Position numbers and translations under genes: made by a program. The notes beneath the pieces are model-generated. The model had not been told where the DNA came from. It worked only from the letters and a program-made list of their open reading frames with translations, and searched no databases. DNA of 64,000 bases from Sulfurospirillaceae bacterium (GTDB lineage: Bacteria; Campylobacterota; Campylobacteria; Campylobacterales; Sulfurospirillaceae): NCBI GenBank assembly GCA_033723415.1, contig JAWVXD010000003.1, positions 256,001 to 320,000 of the forward strand, given 5' to 3'. Shown here one piece after another: positions 29,814 through 41,414 of the stretch (position 1 is its first letter; each line of letters starts with the position of its first letter).

Positions 29814-29826
29814 ATAACAAATAACG

Positions 29827-29848
29827 AAAGAGGGCACAAGCCCTCTTT
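29827..29848 (+). terminator. Hairpin terminator after pckA
   Basis: aaagagggc-acaa-gccctcttt. Confidence 0.7.
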
Positions 29849-29881
29849 AAACTGCAAATCACAAAAAATATTGGAGAATAA

Positions 29882-31270
29882 ATGTCAAAATTATGGTCTG
29901 GAAGATTTACAAAAGGAGCAACAAAGCTTTTAGATAAATTTAATGCTTCACTTCCTTTTGACAAAAAATTATATAAAGAAGATATCAGAGGTTCAATCGC
30001 ACATGCGACTATGCTAGGGTATAAAAATATATTAAGCAACGATGAAGTACTAAAGATAACAGAAGGCTTGCAGGACATAGAAAAAGAGATAGAAGCAGAT
30101 AAATTTGTATTTGATATAAGTGATGAAGATATACATATGGCTATTGAAAAAAGACTTATTGAAATCATTGGGGATGTAGGAAAAAAATTACATACTGCCA
30201 GAAGTAGAAATGATCAGGTTGCACTTGATTTTAGAATGTTCGTCTTAAAAAGTAATTTAGGCGTTATTGATTTGCTTCAGACATTAATTAAAACGCTTGT
30301 TGATATTTCGAAAAAACACACAGACACTTTAATGCCGGGTATGACACATTTACAACATGCTCAACCTATAAACTTTGGTTTTCATATGTTGGCATATGCA
30401 AATATGTTTAAAAGAGATATACAAAGATTACAAAGTTCTTATGAAAGAAATAATATTTTGCCGCTAGGCTGCGCAGCACTTGCCGGAACACCTCATGACA
30501 TAGATAGAAAAAAAACTGCCGAACTTTTGGGCTTTAGCGGGATTAGTGCAAATTGTCTTGATACGGTCAGTGATCGAGATTTTGCATTGGAGATATTATT
30601 TAACATAGCTACTATCATGATACATATATCAAGACTTTCTGAAGAATTGATCTTGTGGTCAAGTTATGAGTTTAAATTCATTACTTTGAGTGATGAATAT
30701 AGCACAGGAAGCTCTATTATGCCTCAAAAGAAAAATCCTGATGTCCCGGAACTGCTTCGAGGCAAAACCGGCAGGGTTAATGGAAACTTGATATCTTTAT
30801 TGACAGTCTTAAAAGGTTTGCCGTTGGCTTACAATAAAGACATGCAAGAAGATAAAGAAGGAGTTTTTGACAGTGTCGAAACCGTTGCTCTCTCTTTAGA
30901 GATTTTAAATGAAGCCATGAAAACTATGACTATCAATGAAAAAGAGATGATGAAAGCTTGTTCCACTGGACATTTAAGTGCGACTGATCTGGCTGATTAT
31001 TTGGTGTCCAAATGTAATATACCTTTCCGTGAAGCACATTTTATAACCGGACATGCGGTAGCTCATGCCGAAAAACTAGGTAAAGATCTTAGTTTGCTTA
31101 GTATTGCAGAATTAAAAGAAGTTGATGACAGAATTAAAGAAGATGCTATAAAGTTTTTAGATTTAAAAAATTCTATGAATGCCAGGAATTCAGAAGGTGG
31201 AACCTCGGAAAAATCCACTATAAAGCAGATTGAAGAGTTTGAAGAGTGGTTTAAATCTTTTGGCAGTTAA
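29882..31270 (+). CDS. argH: Argininosuccinate lyase
   Basis: [23 protein letters not shown] and [12 protein letters not shown] motifs. Confidence 0.97.
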   Translation: MSKLWSGRFTKGATKLLDKFNASLPFDKKLYKEDIRGSIAHATMLGYKNILSNDEVLKITEGLQDIEKEIEADKFVFDISDEDIHMAIEKRLIEIIGDVGKKLHTARSRNDQVALDFRMFVLKSNLGVIDLLQTLIKTLVDISKKHTDTLMPGMTHLQHAQPINFGFHMLAYANMFKRDIQRLQSSYERNNILPLGCAALAGTPHDIDRKKTAELLGFSGISANCLDTVSDRDFALEILFNIATIMIHISRLSEELILWSSYEFKFITLSDEYSTGSSIMPQKKNPDVPELLRGKTGRVNGNLISLLTVLKGLPLAYNKDMQEDKEGVFDSVETVALSLEILNEAMKTMTINEKEMMKACSTGHLSATDLADYLVSKCNIPFREAHFITGHAVAHAEKLGKDLSLLSIAELKEVDDRIKEDAIKFLDLKNSMNARNSEGGTSEKSTIKQIEEFEEWFKSFGS

Positions 31271-31287
31271 CTGCCAAAAGATTTAAA
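31250..31287. terminator. Perfect 38-bp palindrome / bidirectional terminator overlapping the argH and hit stop codons
   Basis: tttaaatcttttggcagtt|aactgccaaaagatttaaa. Confidence 0.75.
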
Positions 31288-31639
31288 AAAAGTTTTTAGA
31301 ATCACTGTCTGCCATATGTCCCCAAGCTAGCTTTGCTCCGCCTAAAAGGTGAAAATGCAAATGCATAACTTCTTGTCCACCGTTATCGCCGTTATTAGTG
31401 ATAAGTCTGTATCCGCTTTCATCAAGTCCTATAAACGATGCAACTTCTTGTATAAAAGTTGTCATTTTTGCCATAATTTCAGGTGTAACTTGCTGAAAAT
31501 TTTCAACTTCTACCTTTGGAATGATCAATATATGAATAGGTGCTTTTGGATTAATATCATGAAATGCTAAAAATTCATCATTTTCTAGAACTTTATTGCA
31601 CGGTATTTCGCCTTTAACAATCTTGCTAAATATAGTCAT
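31283..31639 (-). CDS. hinT: Histidine triad nucleotide-binding protein
   Basis: FHDINPKAPIH and GQEVMHLHFHLLGG motifs. Confidence 0.93.
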   Translation of the reverse strand: MTIFSKIVKGEIPCNKVLENDEFLAFHDINPKAPIHILIIPKVEVENFQQVTPEIMAKMTTFIQEVASFIGLDESGYRLITNNGDNGGQEVMHLHFHLLGGAKLAWGHMADSDSKNFF

Positions 31640-31871
31640 TTGTTAGTATCTCCTTTCTTTTCGTTTAATTATTATTATACAGTTTTTTATATAAATTACC
31701 ACATAGTTGAAGTTAAATGATTAGCCATATTACTATATCAATTATTTATGCTTAACTCTTTTTAATGAATATTTTTATATAATATATACAATTTCTACGC
31801 TTATATGTGGAGTTACTATTTTAAGACTGGATATTTTTTGCTGACTTTATTTTGGCAAAAAGGAGAATTTA

Positions 31872-32864
31872 ATGGAAGATATAGAAAAGCAGATAAAATC
31901 TTGCAAGGATTTGAAAACTTTAGAATCCATCAGGATATCAATGCTTGGGAAAAAAGGTTATTTTGCAGAGCAATTTGCGAAGATGAAATCACTGCCGAAT
32001 AATGAAAAAAAAGATTTTGCACAAAAACTAAATGAAGATAAAGAAAAATTTTTAAATTTATTTAATGAAACAAAAATGATCTTAGAATCTATTGCAATTG
32101 CAGAAGAGATGAAAGAAAACAGTGTCGATGTGACACTTTTTAATTCTAAGCCGACAAGCGGAGCCTTGCATCCTGTCATGGCAACAATGGATAAGATAAT
32201 TGAATATTTTGTAAGTATGAACTTTTCTATAGAAGACGGTCCTTTGGTGGAAGATGATTTTCATAATTTTGAAGCATTAAACCTACCGAAATATCATCCT
32301 GCACGTGATATGCAAGATACTTTTTATTTTAAAGATTCAATGCTGCTTAGAACTCATACAAGCCCTGTTCAAATTAGGACTATGCTAAATAACAAACCGC
32401 CTATTCGCATCATAAGTCCAGGTGCCGTATTTAGGAGAGATTATGATTTGACTCACACTCCTATGTTTCATCAAGTAGAGGGTTTGGTCGTGGACAAAAC
32501 AGGAGTTGTGTCTTTTGCAAATTTGAAGTATATTTTGGAAGATTTTTTAAAACACATGTTTGGAGATGTTCGCGTTCGTTTTCGTCCTAGTTTCTTTCCT
32601 TTTACCGAACCTAGTGCTGAAGTAGATATCAGTTGTATATTTTGTAAAGGTTCAGGTTGTAGAGTTTGTTCACATACCGGATGGCTTGAGATCCTTGGCA
32701 GTGGAATTGTAGATCAAAATGTTTTTGATGCGGTCGGCTATAAGGACGTGAGTGGTTATGCCTTTGGTTTAGGGATTGAAAGAGTTGCAATGTTATTGCA
32801 TAAAATTCCGGACCTGCGTTCCTTATTTGAAGGAGATTTAAGATTATTGGAGCAGTTTAGATGA
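31872..32864 (+). CDS. pheS: Phenylalanine-tRNA ligase alpha subunit
   Basis: [26 protein letters not shown] and [10 protein letters not shown] motifs. Confidence 0.98.
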   Translation: MEDIEKQIKSCKDLKTLESIRISMLGKKGYFAEQFAKMKSLPNNEKKDFAQKLNEDKEKFLNLFNETKMILESIAIAEEMKENSVDVTLFNSKPTSGALHPVMATMDKIIEYFVSMNFSIEDGPLVEDDFHNFEALNLPKYHPARDMQDTFYFKDSMLLRTHTSPVQIRTMLNNKPPIRIISPGAVFRRDYDLTHTPMFHQVEGLVVDKTGVVSFANLKYILEDFLKHMFGDVRVRFRPSFFPFTEPSAEVDISCIFCKGSGCRVCSHTGWLEILGSGIVDQNVFDAVGYKDVSGYAFGLGIERVAMLLHKIPDLRSLFEGDLRLLEQFR

Positions 32865-35194
32865 TAGTTACAAGAGAATGGCTACAAGAGTGGATAGATA
32901 TTAGAGACTTTACTATTGATGATATAGCAAAGGAGTTTAATTCTATAGGGCTTGAAGTTGATAGTATAAATAAATTTAATATGCCTGAGAATGTTGTTGT
33001 AGGAAATGTTATATCTTGTGAAAAGCATCCAAATGCCGATAAACTAAATATTTGTCAGGTAGATATAGGCGAAAAAGTAGAACAAATAGTTTGCGGTGCA
33101 AAAAATGTAGCGGCTGGTCAGATGGTAGCAGTCGCAAAAGTGGGATCTGTCTTACCAAATGGATTAAAGATTAAAGAAGCAGTACTTAGAGATGTCTCTT
33201 CTTGTGGGATGATTTGCTCTTCTACAGAACTAGGACTTCCTAAGATAAATGACGGAATAATGATCTTAGATGACAGCATAGGCGAGTTAGAAATAGGCAA
33301 AGAATTAAAAGATTATCCTCTACTCAATGATGAAGTTATAGAATTAGAACTTACTGCCAATAGAGGTGATTGTCTCAGTATTCATGGGGTAGCCAGAGAT
33401 ATTTGTGTACCTCTGGATATAGAAGTGCAAACTTTAGAGACTAAAGAAGAAGACGAAGCTACTCTTGGAGTAGGAAGAATTTTAAATATGAATTGTGGTG
33501 AAAAAATAGAGTCATCTTTCGTATTTAAAGCATTGGATAACACTTATATAAAATCAAATCTATTGATTGATCTTAGATTGGCATTGGTCGGTGAGTTTGA
33601 TGAGGATGATTTACAGAGATTATTGACTTATGCTACGTATTCAACAGGTGTTTTGTTTAGAGCTTATGATTATGATAAATTTGAGCAAAAAGATTCAAAA
33701 GCAATTCTTAGTATAAAAAAAGATAGCAATCATTTAGATGCAATATCCAGTAAGAAAAGGTTATCTTATGTCGGTGTTTCTCAGGAAGATGAAGAGAAGG
33801 CAAATAAAAATAGTGAAAAGATCATATTAGAAGCTAACTATTCAGATCCAAGTAAAATTTCTGAAAATAGCTTTAAATTGGACATAAAATCTGATCGTCA
33901 TTTATATCGTTCTACCAGAGGAAGTGAACCTGATCTAGATTTTGGTATGAATTATTTAATAAATCTGTTTAGTAAAAACTGTAACGTCATGATATATGCC
34001 GGTACACAACAGGTTATACAGGATTTTAAAGAAGAGATTATAAATCTTCATACAGATGAATTGACGAAGATGATAGGACAAGAGATACCAAAGAATTTGG
34101 TTGTAGATATATTGAAGAAGCTTGGTTTCAGGGTTGTCTTTAGTCATGAACAAGAAGCCATGAATATAAAAGTGCCGTTATTTCGACATGATATCCTCAA
34201 TAAACAAGATATATGTGAAGAGATCGTCAGGATAGTCGGAATTGATAATATTGATTCAAAGCAGCTGACATTCCTGGAAGAAGCAAAACACAATAAATCA
34301 TATGAAGACTTTAAGAAGAAACAAGATTACAGATGTAAATCAGCATCAAATGGGTTTTTTGAATCAGTAAATTTTATATTTGATGATAGGTTAAGACAAG
34401 ATAAATATGGCTTGTCTTCTGTTGAAGAAGAATTGGATTTGGCAAATCCTATTACTAGTGAATTAAACACACTTAGAACATCATTGATATTAAATATGTT
34501 AGATTCCGTAAATAAAAATACAAAATACGGCAAGAAGACGGTTCCACTTTTTCAGATAGGAAGAGTGTATACAACACAAAGAAAAGAAAAGACAAATATG
34601 GCTTTCGTATTTAGCGGTGATAAAGACTATGCACAGATATCAAACCATGGAAAGCCTGAATTGATTGATTTTTATTATTTTGCTAGAAAAATATCAAATA
34701 TCATAGGTGATTTTGAACTGGAAGTTCAAGAACCGCAAAATAAATTATCAAACCCGTATGAATATGCCATAATCAAACAAAACGGTATAAATATTGGATA
34801 TATATCCAGATTGCATATTGATGTAGAACAAGATTTTGATATCAACAAAACTTACATATGCGAGTTAGATTTTGAAAAGCTGCCAAATGAACGCAAAATT
34901 GTCAAAAGTTTTTCTAATTATCAAACAATTTCTAGAGATTTAAGCTTGTTGATACCAAACGATATGAAGTATTCTGTGATTAAAGAATACATAAAAACAG
35001 TAGCGCCTGCCGATATGATTGATTTTAATGCCATAGATATTTATAGAAGCAAAGACTTGGGAGATAAGTCAAGTTTGACTATTAAGTTTAATTTTCAGTC
35101 TAATGAAAAAACTTTAACTGATGAAGATGTAACATCTGCGATGGAAAATATACTAAAAAATCTAAATGAAAAGTTTGGTATAGATATAAGATGA
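32861..35194 (+). CDS. pheT: Phenylalanine-tRNA ligase beta subunit
   Basis: [29 protein letters not shown] and RDLS motifs; ATGA overlap with pheS. Confidence 0.97.
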   Translation: MIVTREWLQEWIDIRDFTIDDIAKEFNSIGLEVDSINKFNMPENVVVGNVISCEKHPNADKLNICQVDIGEKVEQIVCGAKNVAAGQMVAVAKVGSVLPNGLKIKEAVLRDVSSCGMICSSTELGLPKINDGIMILDDSIGELEIGKELKDYPLLNDEVIELELTANRGDCLSIHGVARDICVPLDIEVQTLETKEEDEATLGVGRILNMNCGEKIESSFVFKALDNTYIKSNLLIDLRLALVGEFDEDDLQRLLTYATYSTGVLFRAYDYDKFEQKDSKAILSIKKDSNHLDAISSKKRLSYVGVSQEDEEKANKNSEKIILEANYSDPSKISENSFKLDIKSDRHLYRSTRGSEPDLDFGMNYLINLFSKNCNVMIYAGTQQVIQDFKEEIINLHTDELTKMIGQEIPKNLVVDILKKLGFRVVFSHEQEAMNIKVPLFRHDILNKQDICEEIVRIVGIDNIDSKQLTFLEEAKHNKSYEDFKKKQDYRCKSASNGFFESVNFIFDDRLRQDKYGLSSVEEELDLANPITSELNTLRTSLILNMLDSVNKNTKYGKKTVPLFQIGRVYTTQRKEKTNMAFVFSGDKDYAQISNHGKPELIDFYYFARKISNIIGDFELEVQEPQNKLSNPYEYAIIKQNGINIGYISRLHIDVEQDFDINKTYICELDFEKLPNERKIVKSFSNYQTISRDLSLLIPNDMKYSVIKEYIKTVAPADMIDFNAIDIYRSKDLGDKSSLTIKFNFQSNEKTLTDEDVTSAMENILKNLNEKFGIDIR

Positions 35195-36471
35195 GTAGTA
35201 TCAAAGTAAAACCTGATAGTGAATTTGATATAGAGATATCTGATATTGCCAGTGATAAATCAATATCTCACAGATGCGCAATTTTTTCACTTCTAAGCGA
35301 TCAGGTCTCCTATGTAAGAAACTTCCTTCGCGCTGAAGACACTATGAATACTTTGCATATAGTCTCCACACTAGGAGCAAAAATCGAAGATGATGGTGAG
35401 GTGATAAAAATAACACCTCCATCTAGCATACAAGAACCGGCATCGGTGCTGGACTGTGGTAATTCAGGAACAGCTATTCGATTGTTTATGGGATTTTTGT
35501 CTACTTGCGAAGGTTTTTTTGTTTTAAGCGGTGATAAATACTTGAACAGCAGACCTATGAGAAGAGTTGCCGATCCGCTAAGAGATATAGGATCTTGCAT
35601 AGACGGTCGAGCCAACGGAGATTTTGCACCGCTTAGTATAAGAGGTAATGCAAATTTGCAAGCTTTTGACTATGAAAGCAAAATATCATCTGCCCAAATT
35701 AAGACTGCAATGATTCTGGCTGCACTTAAGGCAAAAGGCACCTCTGTATTTAAAGAGCCAAGTTTGAGTAGAGATCATAGTGAAAATATGCTCAAAGCTA
35801 TGGGTGCAGATGTAAGTGTAAGTGACAATGAGATCAAAATAACACCTTTGTCTTCACCGTTAAGTCCCTTGGATATTGATGTACCAAATGATCCTTCAAG
35901 CGGCTTTTTCTTTGCGGTTGCAGCTGCGATTAAAAAAGGCAGTAAAGTACGACTTAAAAATATGCTTTTAAATAAAACAAGAATTGAAGCATATAAAATC
36001 TTAGCAAAGATGGGTGCAAAAGTAGAATTTATAAAGAGAAGTTCAAAATATGAAGAAATAGGCGATATCATAGTAGAAGGAAGAGATCTGATCGGCGTTG
36101 AAGTGAGTGAAAATATCGCATGGTTGATTGATGAGCTTCCTGCACTTTCTATAGCATTTAGCGTAGCTTCTGGCAAGAGTATAGTAAAAAATGCAAAAGA
36201 GCTAAGAGTAAAAGAGAGTGACAGGATATCCACTGTTGTAAACAATTTGATAAAATGCAACGTAAATATCAAAGAATTTGATGACGGATATGAAATAGAA
36301 GGCGGAAAGTTAAGCGGAGCAATTATAGACTCTCATGGAGACCACAGAATCGCTATGAGTTTTGCCGTGGCCGGGATGTTGGTTGAGATGCAGATAGAAG
36401 ATACGGATTGTATTCAAACATCATTTCCGAATTTTATAGAGATATTGTCAAAAATAGCAAAAGTTAAATAA
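35191..36471 (+). CDS. aroA: EPSP synthase
   Basis: DKSISHR, DCGNSGT, SSAQIK, RVKESDR and DHRIAM motifs. Confidence 0.97.
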   Translation: MSSIKVKPDSEFDIEISDIASDKSISHRCAIFSLLSDQVSYVRNFLRAEDTMNTLHIVSTLGAKIEDDGEVIKITPPSSIQEPASVLDCGNSGTAIRLFMGFLSTCEGFFVLSGDKYLNSRPMRRVADPLRDIGSCIDGRANGDFAPLSIRGNANLQAFDYESKISSAQIKTAMILAALKAKGTSVFKEPSLSRDHSENMLKAMGADVSVSDNEIKITPLSSPLSPLDIDVPNDPSSGFFFAVAAAIKKGSKVRLKNMLLNKTRIEAYKILAKMGAKVEFIKRSSKYEEIGDIIVEGRDLIGVEVSENIAWLIDELPALSIAFSVASGKSIVKNAKELRVKESDRISTVVNNLIKCNVNIKEFDDGYEIEGGKLSGAIIDSHGDHRIAMSFAVAGMLVEMQIEDTDCIQTSFPNFIEILSKIAKVK

Positions 36472-36488
36472 AAGTAAAAGGTATATAA

Positions 36489-37313
36489 ATGAAGGTTTTA
36501 TTGGCCGAACATTACGGATTTTGTTTCGGCGTAAAAAGAGCTATAAAAATTGCAGAAGATTCTAAAAATGCTTCAACAATTGGTCCATTGATACATAATA
36601 ATGAAGAGATAAATAGATTAAAAAATGATTATAATGTAGTTACTTTGCAAAGTCTTGATGAGATCAATCAATCAGAAAAAGCTATCATAAGAACTCATGG
36701 AATACCAAAAAATGATTTAAAATTTTTAGAAACAAAAAAAATTGAGATAATAGATGCAACTTGCCCATTTGTGACCAAGCCTCAACAAATTTGTGAACAA
36801 ATGAGCTCTGAGGGATACGATGTAGTGATCTTTGGAGATAAAGAACATCCTGAGGTAAAAGGTGTTGAGAGTTATGCTCAAAATGGCGCTAAAGTAGTGT
36901 TAAGTGTTGAAGAAGTAAAAGGCATGCATTTCTCAAATAAGATAGCAGTCGTTTCTCAAACAACAAGAAAGATCGATGAGTTTATGCAAATCACGAACTA
37001 TTTGATTGAAAATTATAAGGAAGTAAGAGTTTTTAATACTATCTGTAATGCAACATTTGATAATCAATTAGCTGCCAGAGAATTAGCAAAAGATGTTGAT
37101 ATCATGATAGTGATCGGTGGAAAAAATTCTTCCAATACAAAGCAATTACAAAATATTTCAAAAGAGTTTTGTCCTGACAGTTACTTAATAGAAAATGAAA
37201 AAGAGTTAGATTTAGCTTGGTTTGAAAACAAAAAAATATGCGGTGTAACCGCTGGAGCATCGACTCCTGATTGGATCATAGAAAAAGTTATTGGCAAAAT
37301 AGACAAAATTTAA
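36489..37313 (+). CDS. ispH: 4-hydroxy-3-methylbut-2-enyl diphosphate reductase
   Basis: GFCFGVKRA, DATCPFV, TICNAT, NSSNT and TAGASTP motifs. Confidence 0.97.
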   Translation: MKVLLAEHYGFCFGVKRAIKIAEDSKNASTIGPLIHNNEEINRLKNDYNVVTLQSLDEINQSEKAIIRTHGIPKNDLKFLETKKIEIIDATCPFVTKPQQICEQMSSEGYDVVIFGDKEHPEVKGVESYAQNGAKVVLSVEEVKGMHFSNKIAVVSQTTRKIDEFMQITNYLIENYKEVRVFNTICNATFDNQLAARELAKDVDIMIVIGGKNSSNTKQLQNISKEFCPDSYLIENEKELDLAWFENKKICGVTAGASTPDWIIEKVIGKIDKI

Positions 37314-37424
37314 GTATAATATCAAACTTCATGTGATTTAGCTTTTTAGTATAGTTTATATGAATTTTATATTTATTATATTAATTTGTTTATCATAGTA
37401 AAAATCAAACAAAAAGGGAATGAA

Positions 37425-39101
37425 ATGGTGAATGAGGCGAACGAAGCAGTTCAAACTGAAAGTGCAAACGACCAAGAGGAGATGGATTTTGCAACAATGT
37501 TAGAAGAGTCTTTTAAAGACACAGAAAAAGATGCGCTTATAGACGGCGTCGTAGTTGAAATCAAAGATGATGTTATCTTAATTGATGTCGGCAAGAAGTC
37601 TGAGGGCAGATTGTATGCATCTGAAGTAACGGATGCTGATGGAAATATCACTTGCAAAGTCGGTGATACACTACCTGTCGTTATCTCAGGTTTTAAAAAT
37701 GAAAGACCTATAGTTTCTCACAAAAAAGCTATCAAAAAAGAAAAAGTCAAAGAATTTATCGAAACACACAAAGAAGATGAAGATCAAGTCTTGGAAGTGA
37801 AAGTCGTAAATAAAAATAGAGGCGGATTCATAGTTGAGAACAGCGATAACATCGAATTTTTCTTACCTCGTTCTCAAGCTGCAGTAAAAGATATAAATTC
37901 ACTGATGGGAAAAACAATAAAAGTTAAAATAATCAAAGTTGATAGTGAAAATGAATCTATTATAGTTTCAAGAAAGAAATTTTTAGATGATGAGCGCAAA
38001 AAAAGAAAAGAAATAGTACAAGAACTAATAGATAAAGACGAAATTGTAGAAGGCGTTATTAAAAAGATCACTACATACGGTATGTTCGTGGACGTAGGCG
38101 GCGTAGATGGATTGGTGCACTATAGTGAAATCAGCTACAAGGGACCTGTTAACCCAAATACACTATATAGTGAAGGTGAAGTAGTACCTGTAAAAGCAAT
38201 TAAATACGATAAAGAAAAAAGACATTTATCTCTATCAATAAAAGCAGCTATGCCTGATCCTTGGGATGAGATAAAGGGTGAACTTGAAAATGGAGACACT
38301 ATTCAAGTGACCGTCAGCAATATTGAACCGTATGGTGCATTTGTTGATCTTGGAAATGACATAGAAGGTTTCTTACATATATCTGAAATTTCTTGGGATA
38401 AAAATATCAAACATCCAAAAGATTACATCAAAGAAGGTGAAGAGATTGATGTTGAAGTTATTGAGATTGATGCACAAGAAAGAAGACTTAGAGTTTCACT
38501 AAAAAATATACTTCCTAAACCTTTTGATGAATTTTTGAAAAACTATAAAGTAGGTGATGTTGTAAAAGGTGTTATCACTACTATTACAAATTTTGGCGCA
38601 TTCATCAGAATTGGCGGCATAGAAGGTCTCCTTCATAATGAAGATGCTTCATGGAACAGAAATGATAGATGTAAAGATCTATTTAACACGGATGATGAAA
38701 TTGAAGTTAAAATCGTAAAGATAGATGATGTGAATGAAAAAGTATCTCTAAGTAAAAAAGACTTAGAAGATAGTCCAATACAAAAATATGCAAAAAACCA
38801 TGAAAACGGTGATATAGTCAAAGGTAAAATTAGAGATATTAAAGACTTTGGTGTATTTGTTGAATTGGAAGAAAACGTGGATGCATTGATTAGAAAAGAA
38901 GATCTAGGACAAACAGGCGTTGAAGAGCTAAAAGTAGGTGATGAGATCGAAGCAGCCATCGCTTTTGTTGATGACAAAAAAAGTAGAATTAGACTCTCTG
39001 TTAAAAGTCTTTCAAGACTAAAAGAAAGAGAAGCATTAAAAGAGATAAACAAAGAAGATAAGATGACTTTAGGCGACATCTTAAAAGACCAGCTTAAATA
39101 A
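37425..39101 (+). CDS. rpsA: 30S ribosomal protein S1
   Basis: Six S1 repeats (YGMFVD, YGAFVD, FGAFI, FGVFVE). Start moved to ATG 37425 after aaaggg; TATAAT at 37315. Confidence 0.96.
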   Translation: MVNEANEAVQTESANDQEEMDFATMLEESFKDTEKDALIDGVVVEIKDDVILIDVGKKSEGRLYASEVTDADGNITCKVGDTLPVVISGFKNERPIVSHKKAIKKEKVKEFIETHKEDEDQVLEVKVVNKNRGGFIVENSDNIEFFLPRSQAAVKDINSLMGKTIKVKIIKVDSENESIIVSRKKFLDDERKKRKEIVQELIDKDEIVEGVIKKITTYGMFVDVGGVDGLVHYSEISYKGPVNPNTLYSEGEVVPVKAIKYDKEKRHLSLSIKAAMPDPWDEIKGELENGDTIQVTVSNIEPYGAFVDLGNDIEGFLHISEISWDKNIKHPKDYIKEGEEIDVEVIEIDAQERRLRVSLKNILPKPFDEFLKNYKVGDVVKGVITTITNFGAFIRIGGIEGLLHNEDASWNRNDRCKDLFNTDDEIEVKIVKIDDVNEKVSLSKKDLEDSPIQKYAKNHENGDIVKGKIRDIKDFGVFVELEENVDALIRKEDLGQTGVEELKVGDEIEAAIAFVDDKKSRIRLSVKSLSRLKEREALKEINKEDKMTLGDILKDQLK

Positions 39102-39114
39102 TAAGTATTCTTTT

Positions 39115-39606
39115 ATGCAAAAAAAGATACTTGGTGTTTTTTTTACTATTTTGTTGCTCGGTGTTCTTGGAATATTGTATAATTTTTTCAATTACACCGA
39201 CAACCAAGTGGTTGAATACAAGCAGTATCCCTCTCCGATAAAAAAAAGCAAAACTGTAAGTGTAACAAAACTTTGGATTGACAGTTTGGCAAAATCTTCT
39301 GATTTGAAATATTCTTATCCTGTCAATGAACTTTTCATGCAGATAGATTTACAAAAAAAGATTCCAAACAAAAAAGATTTAAAAATAAAAAAACCGAAAT
39401 CTTACAAGTTGGTCATAAATCATGTTGATAGTTATTCTGTTTTTTGTGTTGTTCAAACTTTATCAAATCTAAATGTGCCTTTTGTGTTATCAAAAGATAA
39501 ATACAGTCCGCATATTTCAATAGTAAGTCGAGACAATAAAAAATTAGAAAGAATTGTCAAAGAGTTAACTAAATATCAAATAAAATCAAAAATATTAGAG
39601 GAATGA
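39115..39606 (+). CDS. Conserved membrane-anchored hypothetical protein between rpsA and serA
   Basis: N-terminal TM, W...LA....YSYPVNE motif and YSVFC motif; position matches the conserved Campylobacterota gene order. Confidence 0.75.
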   Translation: MQKKILGVFFTILLLGVLGILYNFFNYTDNQVVEYKQYPSPIKKSKTVSVTKLWIDSLAKSSDLKYSYPVNELFMQIDLQKKIPNKKDLKIKKPKSYKLVINHVDSYSVFCVVQTLSNLNVPFVLSKDKYSPHISIVSRDNKKLERIVKELTKYQIKSKILEE

Positions 39607-41195
39607 TTGTGAATAGAAAAAAAATAATAATATGTGATGCGATTCACCAAAAAGGATTTCAGCTTTTAGAAAAAGAAGATGATATTGAAGTAATAGATGC
39701 TGTAAAATTATCAAAGGACGAGCTTTTAAATGTGGTTGGTAGTGCAGATATAGCTATAACTAGAAGTCCAACGGCAATTGATAGTAAATTTTTGGCAGCA
39801 GCAACGAATTTAAAAGCTATAGTTAGAGCAGGAGTCGGTGTTGACAACGTAGATTTGGACGGATGCTCAAAAAGAGGTATCATTGCGATGAATGTACCAA
39901 CGGCAAATACTATAGCAGCCGTTGAGCTCACTATGGCACATATGCTCAGCACTGCCAGAAGTTTTACAAATGCGAACAATCATTTAAAAATTGAGAGAGT
40001 TTGGAAACGAGAAAAATGGTATGGTATCGAACTTTCTGGAAAAAAATTAGGAATTATAGGTTTTGGTAATATCGGAAGCAGGGTAGGTGTTAGAGCTAAA
40101 GCTTTTGGCATGGATGTTATAGCATACGACCCTTATATAGCGCCTTCAAAAGCTACAGATCTTGGAGTAAGTTATACGGAAAATTTTGATGATATCTTAG
40201 CTTGTGACTTTATTACTATACATACACCAAAGAACAAAGAGACAACAGGCATCATCTCTTATGATGAAATTGCGAAGATGAAAGATGGAGTAAGATTGAT
40301 CAACTGTGCAAGGGGTAGTTTGTATGATGAAAAAGCTTTGTATGATGGGTTAAAAAGTGGTAAGATCGCATTTGCAGGCATAGATGTTTTCTCATACGAA
40401 CCTGCAACTGATCATCCTTTGTTGGACCTTGAAAATATTTGTGTCACACCCCATCTTGGAGCAAATACTGTTGAGTCACAAGAAAAAATAGCTACTCAGG
40501 CTGCAGAGTGTGCATTGAATGCTGCAAGAGGAGTTAGTTATCCAAATGCTCTTAATCTACCTATAAAAGCAGAAGAATTGCCTAGTGAAATTGTTCCATA
40601 TTTGGAATTAATTCAAAAAATGTCTTATTTTGCAGCGCAAATCAATAAGTCACAAATCAAATCTATAAGGATTAGAGCGGAAGGAAATGTCAGCAAATAT
40701 GCTAAATCTTTACTCACCTTTTCAATAGTAGGGGCTTTGAAAGAATCAATTGGTGATAAAATAAATTATGTAAATGCATCTTATGTGGCAAAAGAAAAAA
40801 ATATAGAAACAGCTTACGAAGAGATAGCAAATTCATCAAGTTACCACAATAAGGTGACAGTAACTCTTACTACTCAAAAAGGTGTTTCTACGGTTTCAGG
40901 TACAGTATTTGAAGAAGTGGAACAAAGAATTGTAAATATAAATGGTTTTGGTTTTGATTTTAAACCAAAAGGCAAAATGATAGTTTTCAAAAATAAAGAC
41001 ATACCTGGAGCAATTGCAAGTATTGCAACACTACTAGCTAAGCATGGTATTAATATTGCTGACTTTAGATTAGGTCGCGGTAAAGATGATTTTGCAATGG
41101 CCGTAATCTTGGTTGATGAGCCTGTTGATAAGAAGATTCTAACGGAACTAAATTCGCTTGATGCTTGCTTATGGGCAGAGTATGCTATATTATAA
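39603..41195 (+). CDS. serA: D-3-phosphoglycerate dehydrogenase
   Basis: RAGVGVDNVD, GFGNIG, NCARG, TPHLGANT and a C-terminal ACT domain. Confidence 0.96.
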   Translation: MIVNRKKIIICDAIHQKGFQLLEKEDDIEVIDAVKLSKDELLNVVGSADIAITRSPTAIDSKFLAAATNLKAIVRAGVGVDNVDLDGCSKRGIIAMNVPTANTIAAVELTMAHMLSTARSFTNANNHLKIERVWKREKWYGIELSGKKLGIIGFGNIGSRVGVRAKAFGMDVIAYDPYIAPSKATDLGVSYTENFDDILACDFITIHTPKNKETTGIISYDEIAKMKDGVRLINCARGSLYDEKALYDGLKSGKIAFAGIDVFSYEPATDHPLLDLENICVTPHLGANTVESQEKIATQAAECALNAARGVSYPNALNLPIKAEELPSEIVPYLELIQKMSYFAAQINKSQIKSIRIRAEGNVSKYAKSLLTFSIVGALKESIGDKINYVNASYVAKEKNIETAYEEIANSSSYHNKVTVTLTTQKGVSTVSGTVFEEVEQRIVNINGFGFDFKPKGKMIVFKNKDIPGAIASIATLLAKHGINIADFRLGRGKDDFAMAVILVDEPVDKKILTELNSLDACLWAEYAIL

Positions 41196-41218
41196 TTAAT
41201 TATTAAATAATTTAATAT

Positions 41219-41252
41219 GTAAGGAATTATAAAAAACTCTATAATTCCTTAC
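41219..41252 (+). terminator. Hairpin terminator after serA
   Basis: gtaaggaattata / tataattccttac perfect 13-bp stem. Confidence 0.7.
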
Positions 41253-41334
41253 GACTATTTACCTTCAATACATTTAGAAAAATTATCTAAAATATAAAAT
41301 TTGCAACTTTTTTACACTTTTCATAAAAAATACT

Positions 41335-41384
41335 TCATATTGTTAAGTTTTTAATCTAATTTTAACTTAACAATATGATATACT
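41335..41384 (+). promoter_or_regulatory. Palindromic operator overlapping the extended -10 promoter of sqr
   Basis: TCATATTGTTAAGTT-N14-AACTTAACAATATGA (perfect 15-bp arms) running into TGaTATACT at 41376-41384. Confidence 0.65.
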
Positions 41385-41414
41385 AGACTTACGCAATGTA
41401 AAGGAGAATAAAAT

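Noticed and set aside
31805..32002. 65-aa ORF overlapping the pheS start as a pheM-like leader peptide
   Set aside because: It extends 130 nt into pheS in another frame, and no attenuator hairpin is visible before pheS.
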